Positions 38,101-52,100 of a stretch of 64,000 nt of DNA are shown here, one piece after another (within the stretch, counting starts at the first letter, position 1; every line of letters begins with the position of its first letter). The position numbers and the translations under genes are program-made. Source of the stretch: Auanema rhodensis (Eukaryota > Animalia > Nematoda); NCBI GenBank assembly GCA_964057225.1, contig OZ059897.1, positions 10,230,001 through 10,294,000 of the forward strand, written 5' to 3'. The notes below the pieces were generated by a model. It was not told where the DNA came from and searched no databases. It was given only the letters and a program-made list of their open reading frames with translations.

Positions 38101-41100
38101 ATTGTTTTCAAAAATAAAGACATCTTTCAAATTCTGGTCATTGAATTAGAATTTTCATGTTGTCACACAGAAATTGAAGAATCTTAGTTCATTTCAGTAA
38201 CAATGAACACACTAACTTTGTTAAGTTGTTGTAATATCGGCCCAAGTAGTATAGTGGTTAGTACTCCACGTTGTGGCCGTGGCGACACAGGTTCGATTCC
38301 TGTCTTGGGCATTTTTTGTTTTGAAATTAAAATGCTATAAACATATTGCTTGCTTGTCATGTTAGATTTGTTTAATTTAAATACTTATTTAAGTTCCAAC
38401 AATTTTCGATTAAATCACGTTCTTTAAACTGTATTGTTTTCAAAAATAAAGACATCTTTCAATTTCTGGTCATTGAATTAGAATTTTCATGTTGTCACAC
38501 AGAAATTGAAGAATCTTAGTTCATTTCAGTAACAATGAACACACTAACTTTGTTAAGTTGTTGTAATATCGGCCCAAGTAGTATAGTGGTTAGTACTCCA
38601 CGTTGTGGCCGTGGCGACACAGGTTCGATTCCTGTCTTGGGCATTTTTTGTTTTGAAATTAAAATGCTATAAAATTATTGCTTGCTTGTCATGTTAGATT
38701 TGTTTAATTCAAATACTTATTTAAGTTCTAACAATTTTTGATTAAATCACGTTCATTAAACTGTATTGTTTTCAAAAATAAAGACATCTTTCAATTTCTG
38801 GTCATTGAATTAGAATTTTCATGTTGTCACACAGAAATTGAAGAATCTTAGTTCATTTCAGTAACAATGAACACACTAACTTTGTTAAGTTGTTGTAATA
38901 TCGGCCCAAGTAGTATAGTGGTTAGTACTCCACGTTGTGGCCGTGGCGACACAGGTTCGATTCTTGTCTTGGGCATTTTTTGTTTTGAAATTAAAATGCT
39001 ATAAACATATTGCTTGCTTGTCATGTTAGATTTGTTTAATTTAAATACTTATTTAAGTTCTAACAATTTTTGATTTAATCACGTTCAATTAACTGTATTG
39101 TTTTCAAAAATAAAGACATCTTTCAATTTCTGGTCATTGAATTAGAATTTTCATGTTGTCACACAGGAAATGAAGAATCTTAGTTCATTTCAGTAACAAT
39201 GAACACAATAATTTTGTTTAGTTTGTAATACCGGCCCAAGTAGTATAGTGGTTAGTACTCCACGTTGTGGCCGTGGCGACACAGGTTCGATTCCTGTCTT
39301 GGGCATTTTTTGTTTTGAAATTTAAATGCTATAAAATTATTGCTTGCTTGTCATGTTAGATTTGTTTAATTTAAATACTTATTTAAGTTCCAACAATTTT
39401 CGATTAAATCACATTCAATTAACTGTATTGTTTTCAAAAATAAAGACATCTTTCAATTTCTGGTCATTGAATTAGAATTTTCATGTTGTCACACAGGAAA
39501 TGAAGAATCTTAGTTCATTTCAGTAACAATGAACACAATAATTTGGTTTAGTTTGTAATACCGGCCCAAGTAGTATAGTGGTTAGTACTCCACGTTGTGG
39601 CCGTGGCGACACAGGTTCGATTCCTGTCTTGGGCATTTTTTGTTTTGAAATTAAAATGCTATAAAATTATTGCCTGCTTGTCATGTTAGATTTGTTTAAT
39701 TCAAATACTTATTTAAGTTCTAACAATTTTTGATTAAATCACGTTCATTAAACTGTATTGTTTTCAAAAATAAAGACATCTTTCAATTTCTGGTCATTGA
39801 ATTAGAATTTTCATGTTGTCACACAGAAATTGAAGAATCTTAGTTCATTTCAGTAACAATGAACACACTAACTTTGTTAAGTTGTTGTAATATCGGCCCA
39901 AGTAGTATAGTGGTTAGTACTCCACGTTGTGGCCGTGGCGACACAGGTTCGATTCTTGTCTTGGGCATTTTTTGTTTTGAAATTAAAATGCTATAAACAT
40001 ATTGCTTGCTTGTCATGTTAGATTTGTTTAATTTAAATACTTATTTAAGTTCTAACAATTTTTGATTTAATCACGTTCAATTAACTGTATTGTTTTCAAA
40101 AATAAAGACATCTTTCAATTTCTGGTCATTGAATTAGAATTTTCATGTTGTCACACAGGAAATGAAGAATCTTAGTTCATTTCAGTAACAATGAACACAC
40201 TAACTTTGTTAAGTTGTTGTAATATCGGCCCAAGTAGTATAGTGGTTAGTACTCCACGTTGTGGCCGTGGCGACACAGGTTCGATTCTTGTCTTGGGCAT
40301 TTTTTGTTTTGAAATTAAAATGCTATAAACATATTGCTTGCTTGTCATGTTAGATTTGTTTAATTTAAATACTTATTTAAGTTCTAACAATTTTGATTTA
40401 ATCACGTTCAATTAACTGTATTGTTTTCAAAAATAAAGACATCTTTCAATTTCTGGTCATTGAATTAGAATTTTCATGTTGTCACACAGGAAATGAAGAA
40501 TCTTAGTTCATTTCAGTAACAATGAACACACTAACTTTGTTAAGTTGTTGTAATATCGGCCCAAGTAGTACAGTGGTTAGTACTCCACGTTGTGGCCGTG
40601 GCGACACAGGTTCGATTCTTGTCTTGGGCATATTCTGTTTTGAAATTAAAATGCTATAAACATATTGCTTGCTTGTCATGTTAGATTTGTTTAATTTAAA
40701 TACTTATTTAAGTTCTAACAATTTTTGATTTAATCACGTTCAATTAACTGTATTGTTTTCAAAAATAAAGACATCTTTCAATTTCTGGTCATTGAATTAG
40801 AATTTTCATGTTGTCACACAGGAAATGAAGAATCTTAGTTCATTTCAGTAACAATGAACACAATAATTTTGTTTAGTTTGTAATACCGGCCCAAGTAGTA
40901 TAGTGGTTAGTACTCCACGTTGTGGCCGTGGCGACACAGGTTCGATTCCTGTCTTGGGCATTTTTTGTTTTGAAATTTAAATGCTATAAAATTATTGCTT
41001 GCTTGTCATGTTAGATTTGTTTAATTTAAATACTTATTTAAGTTCCAACAATTTTCGATTAAATCACATTCAATTAACTGTATTGTTTTCAAAAATAAAG

Positions 41101-44100
41101 ACATCTTTCAATTTCTGGTCATTGAATTAGAATTTTCATGTTGTCACACAGGAAATGAAGAATCTTAGTTCATTTCAGTAACAATGAACACAATAATTTG
41201 GTTTAGTTTGTAATACCGGCCCAAGTAGTATAGTGGTTAGTACTCCACGTTGTGGCCGTGGCGACACAGGTTCGATTCCTGTCTTGGGCATTTTTTGTTT
41301 TGAAATTAAAATGCTATAAAATTATTGCTTGCTTGTCATGTTAGATTTGTTTAATTCAAATACTTATTTAAGTTCTAACAATTTTTGATTAAATCACGTT
41401 CATTAAACTGTATTGTTTTCAAAAATAAAGACATCTTTCAATTTCTGGTCATTGAATTAGAATTTTCATGTTGTCACACAGAAATTGAAGAATCTTAGTT
41501 CATTTCAGTAACAATGAACACACTAACTTTGTTAAGTTGTTGTAATATCGGCCCAAGTAGTATAGTGGTTAGTACTCCACGTTGTGGCCGTGGCGACACA
41601 GGTTCGATTCTTGTCTTGGGCATTTTTTGTTTTGAAATTAAAATGCTATAAACATATTGCTTGCTTGTCATGTTAGATTTGTTTAATTTAAATACTTATT
41701 TAAGTTCTAACAATTTTTGATTTAATCACGTTCAATTAACTGTATTGTTTTCAAAAATAAAGACATCTTTCAATTTCTGGTCATTGAATTAGAATTTTCA
41801 TGTTGTCACACAGAAATTGAAGAATCTTAGTTCATTTCAGTAACAATGAACACACTAACTTTGTTAAGTTGTTGTAATATCGGCCCAAGTAGTATAGTGG
41901 TTAGTACTCCACGTTGTGGCCGTGGCGACACAGGTTCGATTCCTGTCTTGGGCATTTTTTGTTTTGAAATTAAAATGCTATAAAATTATTGCTTGCTTGT
42001 CATGTTAGATTTGTTTAATTCAAATACTTATTTAAGTTCTAACAATTTTTGATTAAATCACGTTCATTAAACTGTATTGTTTTCAAAAATAAAGACATCT
42101 TTCAAATTCTGGTCATTGAATTAGAATTTTCATGTTGTCACACAGAAATTGAAGAATCTTAGTTCATTTCAGTAACAATGAACACACTAACTTTGTTAAG
42201 TTGTTGTAATATCGGCCCAAGTAGTATAGTGGTTAGTACTCCACGTTGTGGCCGTGGCGACACAGGTTCGATTCCTGTCTTGGGCATTTTTTGTTTTGAA
42301 ATTAAAATGCTATAAACATATTGCTTGCTTGTCATGTTAGATTTGTTTAATTTAAATACTTATTTAAGTTCCAACAATTTTCGATTAAATCACGTTCTTT
42401 AAACTGTATTGTTTTCAAAAATAAAGACATCTTTCAATTTCTGGTCATTGAATTAGAATTTTCATGTTGTCACACAGAAATTGAAGAATCTTAGTTCATT
42501 TCAGTAACAATGAACACACTAACTTTGTTAAGTTGTTGTAATATCGGCCCAAGTAGTATAGTGGTTAGTACTCCACGTTGTGGCCGTGGCGACACAGGTT
42601 CGATTCCTGTCTTGGGCATTTTTTGTTTTGAAATTAAAATGCTATAAACATATTGCTTGCTTGTCATGTTAGATTTGTTTAATTTAAATACTTATTTAAG
42701 TTCCAACAATTTTCGATTAAATCACGTTCTTTAAACTGTATTGTTTTCAAAAATAAAGACATCTTTCAATTTCTGGTCATTGAATTAGAATTTTCATGTT
42801 GTCACACAGAAATTGAAGAATCTTAGTTCATTTCAGTAACAATGAACACACTAACTTTGTTAAGTTGTTGTAATATCGGCCCAAGTAGTATAGTGGTTAG
42901 TACTCCACGTTGTGGCCGTGGCGACACAGGTTCGATTCCTGTCTTGGGCATTTTTTGTTTTGAAATTAAAATGCTATAAAATTATTGCTTGCTTGTCATG
43001 TTAGATTTGTTTAATTCAAATACTTATTTAAGTTCTAACAATTTTTGATTAAATCACGTTCATTAAACTGTATTGTTTTCAAAAATAAAGACATCTTTCA
43101 ATTTCTGGTCATTGAATTAGAATTTTCATGTTGTCACACAGAAATTGAAGAATCTTAGTTCATTTCAGTAACAATGAACACACTAACTTTGTTAAGTTGT
43201 TGTAATATCGGCCCAAGTAGTATAGTGGTTAGTACTCCACGTTGTGGCCGTGGCGACACAGGTTCGATTCTTGTCTTGGGCATTTTTTGTTTTGAAATTA
43301 AAATGCTATAAACATATTGCTTGCTTGTCATGTTAGATTTGTTTAATTTAAATACTTATTTAAGTTCTAACAATTTTTGATTTAATCACGTTCAATTAAC
43401 TGTATTGTTTTCAAAAATAAAGACATCTTTCAATTTCTGGTCATTGAATTAGAATTTTCATGTTGTCACACAGGAAATGAAGAATCTTAGTTCATTTCAG
43501 TAACAATGAACACAATAATTTTGTTTAGTTTGTAATACCGGCCCAAGTAGTATAGTGGTTAGTACTCCACGTTGTGGCCGTGGCGACACAGGTTCGATTC
43601 CTGTCTTGGGCATTTTTTGTTTTGAAATTTAAATGCTATAAAATTATTGCTTGCTTGTCATGTTAGATTTGTTTAATTTAAATACTTATTTAAGTTCCAA
43701 CAATTTTCGATTAAATCACATTCAATTAACTGTATTGTTTTCAAAAATAAAGACATCTTTCAATTTCTGGTCATTGAATTAGAATTTTCATGTTGTCACA
43801 CAGGAAATGAAGAATCTTAGTTCATTTCAGTAACAATGAACACAATAATTTGGTTTAGTTTGTAATACCGGCCCAAGTAGTATAGTGGTTAGTACTCCAC
43901 GTTGTGGCCGTGGCGACACAGGTTCGATTCCTGTCTTGGGCATTTTTTGTTTTGAAATTAAAATGCTATAAAATTATTGCCTGCTTGTCATGTTAGATTT
44001 GTTTAATTCAAATACTTATTTAAGTTCTAACAATTTTTGATTAAATCACGTTCATTAAACTGTATTGTTTTCAAAAATAAAGACATCTTTCAATTTCTGG

Positions 44101-47100
44101 TCATTGAATTAGAATTTTCATGTTGTCACACAGGAAATGAAGAATCTTAGTTCATTTCAGTAACAATGAACACACTAACTTTGTTAAGTTGTTGTAATAT
44201 CGGCCCAAGTAGTATAGTGGTTAGTACTCCACGTTGTGGCCGTGGCGACACAGGTTCGATTCTTATCTTGGGCATTTTTTGTTTTGAAATTTAAATGCTA
44301 TAAAATTATTGCTTGCTTGTCATGTTAGATTTGTTTAATTTAAATACTTATTTAAGTTCCAACAATTTTCGATTAAATCACATTCAATTAACTGTATTGT
44401 TTTCAAAAATAAAGACATCTTTCAATTTCTGGTCATTGAATTAGAATTTTCATGTTGTCACACAGGAAATGAAGAATCTTAGTTCATTTCAGTAACAATG
44501 AACACAATAATTTGGTTTAGTTTGTAATACCGGCCCAAGTAGTATAGTGGTTAGTACTCCACGTTGTGGCCGTGGCGACACAGGTTCGATTCCTGTCTTG
44601 GGCATTTTTTGTTTTGAAATTAAAATGCTATAAAATTATTGCTTGCTTGTCATGTTAGATTTGTTTAATTCAAATACTTATTTAAGTTCTAACAATTTTT
44701 GATTAAATCACGTTCATTAAACTGTATTGTTTTCAAAAATAAAGACATCTTTCAATTTCTGGTCATTGAATTAGAATTTTCATGTTGTCACACAGAAATT
44801 GAAGAATCTTAGTTCATTTCAGTAACAATGAACACACTAACTTTGTTAAGTTGTTGTAATATCGGCCCAAGTAGTATAGTGGTTAGTACTCCACGTTGTG
44901 GCCGTGGCGACACAGGTTCGATTCTTGTCTTGGGCATTTTTTGTTTTGAAATTAAAATGCTATAAACATATTGCTTGCTTGTCATGTTAGATTTGTTTAA
45001 TTTAAATACTTATTTAAGTTCTAACAATTTTTGATTTAATCACGTTCAATTAACTGTATTGTTTTCAAAAATAAAGACATCTTTCAATTTCTGGTCATTG
45101 AATTAGAATTTTCATGTTGTCACACAGGAAATGAAGAATCTTAGTTCATTTCAGTAACAATGAACACACTAACTTTGTTAAGTTGTTGTAATATCGGCCC
45201 AAGTAGTATAGTGGTTAGTACTCCACGTTGTGGCCGTGGCGACACAGGTTCGATTCTTGTCTTGGGCATTTTTTGTTTTGAAATTAAAATGCTATAAACA
45301 TATTGCTTGCTTGTCATGTTAGATTTGTTTAATTTAAATACTTATTTAAGTTCTAACAATTTTGATTTAATCACGTTCAATTAACTGTATTGTTTTCAAA
45401 AATAAAGACATCTTTCAATTTCTGGTCATTGAATTAGAATTTTCATGTTGTCACACAGGAAATGAAGAATCTTAGTTCATTTCAGTAACAATGAACACAC
45501 TAACTTTGTTAAGTTGTTGTATTATCGGCCCAAGTAGTATAGTGGTTAGTACTCCACGTTGTGGCCGTGGCGACACAGGTTCGATTCTTGTCTTGGGCAT
45601 ATTCTGTTTTGAAATTAAAATGCTATAAACATATTGCTTGCTTGTCATGTTAGATTTGTTTAATTTAAATACTTATTTAAGTTCTAACAATTTTTGATTT
45701 AATCACGTTCAATTAACTGTATTGTTTTCAAAAATAAAGACATCTTTCAATTTCTGGTCATTGAATTAGAATTTTCATGTTGTCACACAGGAAATGAAGA
45801 ATCTTAGTTCATTTCAGTAACAATGAACACAATAATTTTGTTTAGTTTGTAATACCGGCCCAAGTAGTATAGTGGTTAGTACTCCACGTTGTGGCCGTGG
45901 CGACACAGGTTCGATTCCTGTCTTGGGCATTTTTTGTTTTGAAATTTAAATGCTATAAAATTATTGCTTGCTTGTCATGTTAGATTTGTTTAATTTAAAT
46001 ACTTATTTAAGTTCCAACAATTTTCGATTAAATCACATTCAATTAACTGTATTGTTTTCAAAAATAAAGACATCTTTCAATTTCTGGTCATTGAATTAGA
46101 ATTTTCATGTTGTCACACAGGAAATGAAGAATCTTAGTTCATTTCAGTAACAATGAACACAATAATTTGGTTTAGTTTGTAATACCGGCCCAAGTAGTAT
46201 AGTGGTTAGTACTCCACGTTGTGGCCGTGGCGACACAGGTTCGATTCCTGTCTTGGGCATTTTTTGTTTTGAAATTAAAATGCTATAAAATTATTGCTTG
46301 CTTGTCATGTTAGATTTGTTTAATTCAAATACTTATTTAAGTTCTAACAATTTTTGATTAAATCACGTTCATTAAACTGTATTGTTTTCAAAAATAAAGA
46401 CATCTTTCAATTTCTGGTCATTGAATTAGAATTTTCATGTTGTCACACAGAAATTGAAGAATCTTAGTTCATTTCAGTAACAATGAACACACTAACTTTG
46501 TTAAGTTGTTGTAATATCGGCCCAAGTAGTATAGTGGTTAGTACTCCACGTTGTGGCCGTGGCGACACAGGTTCGATTCTTGTCTTGGGCATTTTTTGTT
46601 TTGAAATTAAAATGCTATAAACATATTGCTTGCTTGTCATGTTAGATTTGTTTAATTTAAATACTTATTTAAGTTCTAACAATTTTTGATTTAATCACGT
46701 TCAATTAACTGTATTGTTTTCAAAAATAAAGACATCTTTCAATTTCTGGTCATTGAATTAGAATTTTCATGTTGTCACACAGAAATTGAAGAATCTTAGT
46801 TCATTTCAGTAACAATGAACACACTAACTTTGTTAAGTTGTTGTAATATCGGCCCAAGTAGTATAGTGGTTAGTACTCCACGTTGTGGCCGTGGCGACAC
46901 AGGTTCGATTCCTGTCTTGGGCATTTTTTGTTTTGAAATTAAAATGCTATAAAATTATTGCTTGCTTGTCATGTTAGATTTGTTTAATTCAAATACTTAT
47001 TTAAGTTCTAACAATTTTTGATTAAATCACGTTCATTAAACTGTATTGTTTTCAAAAATAAAGACATCTTTCAAATTCTGGTCATTGAATTAGAATTTTC

Positions 47101-48104
47101 ATGTTGTCACACAGAAATTGAAGAATCTTAGTTCATTTCAGTAACAATGAACACACTAACTTTGTTAAGTTGTTGTAATATCGGCCCAAGTAGTATAGTG
47201 GTTAGTACTCCACGTTGTGGCCGTGGCGACACAGGTTCGATTCCTGTCTTGGGCATTTTTTGTTTTGAAATTAAAATGCTATAAACATATTGCTTGCTTG
47301 TCATGTTAGATTTGTTTAATTTAAATACTTATTTAAGTTCCAACAATTTTCGATTAAATCACGTTCTTTAAACTGTATTGTTTTCAAAAATAAAGACATC
47401 TTTCAATTTCTGGTCATTGAATTAGAATTTTCATGTTGTCACACAGGAAATGAAGAATCTTAGTTCATTTCAGTAACAATGAACACACTAACTTTGTTAA
47501 GTTGTTGTAATATCGGCCCAAGTAGTATATTGGTTAGTACTCCACGTTGTGGCCGTGGCGACACAGGTTCGATTCTTGTCTTGGGCATTTTTTGTTTTGA
47601 AATTAAAATGCTATAAACATATTGCTTGCTTGTCATGTTAGATTTGTTTAATTTAAATACTTATTTAAGTTCTAACAATTTTTGATTTAATCACGTTCAA
47701 TTAACTGTATTGTTTTCAAAAATAAAGACATCTTTCAATTTCTGGTCATTGAATTAGAATTTTCATGTTGTCACACAGGAAATGAAGAATCTTAGTTCAT
47801 TTCAGTAACAATGAACACAATAATTTTGTTTAGTTTGTAATACCGGCCCAAGTAGTATAGTGGTTAGTACTCCACGTTGTGGCCGTGGCGACACAGGTTC
47901 GATTCCTGTCTTGGGCATTTTTTGTTTTGAAATTTAAATGCTATAAAATTATTGCTTGCTTGTCATGTTAGATTTGTTTAATTTAAATACTTATTTAAGT
48001 TCCAACAATTTTCGATTAAATCACATTCAATTAACTGTATTGTTTTCAAAAATAAAGACATCTTTCAATTTCTGGTCATTGAATTAGAATTTTCATGTTG
48101 TCAC
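35171..48104 (+). repeat. Tandem tRNA-His(GUG) array, right block, ~39 copies, 330-332-bp unit, mostly canonical alleles
   Basis: tRNA starts 35254 ... 47846, with G10 and G53 retained. A common minor variant has C62T (TTCGATTCTTGT). Confidence 0.97.
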
Positions 48105-48441
48105 CGTTCCGTTATGCTCTCACGTCGATCCTATAGACCAATAAAGCCTACAAGATGAGTGTGATAGTATTCCAGATGTAGCGGTAGATAAAGAGCATAA
48201 TGGATAAACATAAGACTCGAGAAAGAAAGGTTTATTATGTCTACATGATTACAATAAGTTATATAAGTCTACATAAAGATATAAAGTGAAAGAGAGCTAA
48301 GAAAGGAAGACCAACCATCCATAGTCATTCCATAAGGCAAAGCTGAAGTCTGTGTTCCATATGAAGGGCGTGTCGTCCTCTCTCAGCCTCATGTCGTCTG
48401 ATTCTAACCCGCCTGCTACGTATTGATTTCCGAATGGAACG
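48105..48441 (-). repeat. E3 3' LTR (337 bp)
   Basis: CGTTCCGTTATGCTC...GAATGGAACG, alignable with the E2 LTR; adjacent purine tract AAAAAATGGCA on the minus strand. Confidence 0.93.
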
Positions 48442-49137
48442 TGCCATTTTTTCGAGTTTATGTCGCGTCCTCGCGAATAGCAAAATATGTGGCTTGTTCC
48501 AATCGTAGCAGAAGGTTTAGTTTTAAAAAATAAAAATTACAATGTTAACATAAAAATAGTAAAGATAAATTACAATATAATGTTAAACAATATTATCTGA
48601 AAAGAATTTAATAAAAATTATTTGAAAATACATGAATATTAAGGAATAAAACAATCTTTTAGAATACCAGGGCTATATTTTGTCAGCGAAAGTGCGCAAA
48701 ATAGCTTTTTAGGCACGACGCTGCATGTCTAACTTCTTTGAGTATAGAGAAACGAGAGTCATGCTATATTATCGATGGAGCTAGCATGTTTCCTCAGCGT
48801 ATTCAAAGCGAATTGTAATAATAAAAAAAATTAAACTAAATCCCATATAATTTCCGGAATTGAATCATTAACTACTTGATAAGGACTGTTGCTCAGATGA
48901 ATATGCAATATAATGTCTCTTATCTTTCATTTCTTCTTTATTTACGGGAAATTATTTGAAATTGATGAAGTTTTATAATCATATATGCTTTGAAACTGAA
49001 ATGCTTTTTGATTATTAGCTTACATCTCGTCTTACTCAAGTTTTTCAATGATATAATAATATGAATAGCTCTGGTTTTTCAAAAGAGAGTTGATACAAGG
49101 TTTTACAATAATTTTATCAATCTCGAAGTTATTTCTT

Positions 49138-52100
49138 TCATCGTCTTCTTCTTGGTGGTAGCCAATTTTGGTCCGATGGGTCTTCTAGTTCTGTTTCTTC
49201 AGTAGAGTCATAGTTATCGTTACCATTTATGACTTTTATGATCTCAATATCGCTGTCGTCGTCCGTGTCATAAATCGTTGTATTTGATCGCGTGTTTTGA
49301 GCGATTGTATGGTCCATTTTGCGTTCAAAAAGTTTGAGATTGTCTTTGTGTACGTCTTGAATTTTTCCAAATGGATTCTTGAGTTGTACCATGTTTCCTT
49401 GAACGTTGATGACTTCAAATGGTCCATCATATGATTTGCGAAGCTTTTGACCTGGTTTATGCGCTTTAATTGCTAACATAACTTGGTCTCCTTTTCGGAT
49501 ATCTCTTTCTTCTATTCGTTGTCGTCCATCATGTTTTCTCTTCGCGGTTTCTTGATGTTTTGCAAGATTTTCTTGAATGATGGTTCTTCTTTCTCCTCTG
49601 ATATATTCGGTATTCTCAATTTCTTCCAAGATCTCTGGTTGTAATGTCTCGGGGAATAATTCTTTGTCTAATCTCATACGACTTTCTTTTCCGAATAATG
49701 CTATGTATGGAGAGATTCCTGTGGTTGCGTGTGTTATTGTATTTAACGCAAAAGTAATTTTTGGTAAATACATGTCCCAATCAGTTACGTCTTCGTTGAG
49801 ATAGTGTGTTAATCCTTCTTCTAGCGTTCTGTGTAGTCTTTCGACTTGTCCATTAGAGTTTTTCTGATGAGGGAGTGTTGGCTCGTGTTTAATGCCAAGT
49901 TTTTCACACATTTCTTCAAATTTCTTTGATACAAAATTAGATCCACGATCGGTTATTAAACGATTTGGTGGTCCAAAAATATATACGAAATTCCTGAGGA
50001 ATCTATCAATGATGACATCGGTGACAATTGTTGGTATAGCGATGGTTGTCGCCCATTTGGAGAATGAATCTTGTATTGTTAGGACATAATTGTTGTTTCT
50101 TTTTGAAGTAGGGAATGGTCCCATAATATCCATATGTATTCTCTCAAATGGTTTTGATGGTATTTCAAATTGACCCATAGGCTGAACGGTCATAGCGTGA
50201 GGATCTTTCTTCCTTTGTGCGCATTTAACGCATTGTTTTACAAAAATTGCTATGTCCGTTTGCATATTTGTCCAGCAAAATCTTCGTAGTATGGCTTCTT
50301 TAGTTTTGTTAATTCCTTGATGTGCTCCAATTGCTGGGTCTTCGTGAAATTCTTCGATAACCTTGTTGATAAGTTCGCTTTCCCTTGGTAAAATCAAAGC
50401 TGGGTGTGGTCGTTTTCTGCTTGGTTTTGTGTATAACATGTTGTCAATAACACAATAACGATCATTAGAAAGCATGTTCTTTTTCGCTCTGTATTCTATT
50501 TCGGCGATAGTTCTCTTTATCCAAGGTGTATCCTCTTGAATTGCTCTAATGTCAGGTACATTAACGAAATTAATTTGAGCTTTCGGAATTTCTTTTGTTT
50601 TCTTTTTCTTTTCCGGTTTAGGATCGTTTGCTTCATTTCCAATGTATCGTGAGAGAGCATCACAGACTTTGTTTAGTCTGCCTTCTCGGTATCTTATCTC
50701 GATATCGTATTCCTGTATGACTAATTGAAATTTTGCTAGTCTTCCAAAAAGGTCTCTACGAGTCAATAAGCTTGTTAATGGTCGATGGTCTGTGATACAG
50801 ATTGTATGTGATCCAAGTATATATGTTCGAAACTGAGCTAAAGCGTATACGAGTCCTAACGCTTCTATTTCAATAGGAGCATAGTTACGTTCTGCTTTTA
50901 CAAGTTTACGGCTCGCAAATGCAATTGGATGTAAGTTTTTGAGTGGTTCATTGGGATCTTCAGGTTGTAATAACACTGCTCCCACTGCGATATTACTACC
51001 GTCACTTTCTATAATGAACATACGGTCTGATCTTGGTGGTTTTAAGACCGGTGCTTGGATCAATTTTCTTTTTAGTGTATCAACAGCTTGTTGACTTCTG
51101 TCATTCCATTGAAATTCCACATCAAGTTTTGTAAGGTCGTATAAAGGGCTTGCGATGTGTGCAAAATCCTTAATAAATTTCCGAAAGAATCCTACCATTC
51201 CCAAAAATGCTCTTACTCCTGTAGGTGACTTTGGAGCAGGATAGTCTTGAATGGCGGATACTTTCTGTGGATCTGGTTTGACCCCATCTCTTCCGACAAT
51301 TAAACCAAGAAATTTTACTTCAGGTCTTGCAAAAGCGCATTTCTTGAGTTTTATTTTCATGCCTAATTTCTTTACTTCTCTGAGAATCTCAGCTATATCG
51401 TCAAGATGTTGTTCTGCAGTATCTGATATAACGAGTAAATCATCCAAATAAACAAAGAGTCGGCATTTACATCTGCTTTGAAGGTATCGTACTGCTGTTT
51501 GAAAGGTATGTGGCGCTCCACATAACCCCATAGGCATCCTTCTATATTGATAAGTACCGGTGTTTGTTGTAAATGCTGTTAATGGTCGATCTGATTTCTT
51601 TAATGCTATTTGGAAGAATCCGGATACTAAATCAAAGTTAGAAAAATATTGTGATCCGGCTGCCATATCGACAATGTCAGAGATGTTAGGTATGATGTAC
51701 GTTTGCTTGCGAGTGACGTTATTTAGAGCACGGAAATCGGTTACGAAACGGAATGTTTCATCTTTCTTTTTGACTAAAACTACAGGACTATTGAAAAGAG
51801 ATGTGGATGGTTCAATTATATTTTGCTTCAGCATCTCCTGTACCTGTCTTTCGACTTCTTCTTGTTTGCCTATAGGGATACGCGTTATACGCGGTCTAGG
51901 CATGTCCATATCTGTTCTTAGAGGTATTGAATGCTCTACAGGTCCTTTAAATAGTCCTATTTGTTTATCCTCATTTAAAAATGCATCTCTATTACGGAGA
52001 ATACAAAGCTGAAGAAGATCTTTTTGTTCTTTAGTTAGGTCGGCGTCTTTTAAATCAAGATCGTTCATAAAGTCCTGAGGGAAATGAGGTAATTTATTTT

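Noticed and set aside
7530-48104. CRISPR-like array
   Set aside because: Whole 332-bp units are near-identical, with no unique spacers and no cas genes; the conserved core is a tRNA.
49138-49350. Chromodomain at the integrase C-terminus
   Set aside because: The tail after the GPF module is acidic and low-complexity (DDDSDIEII...W-L-P) with no chromodomain pattern.
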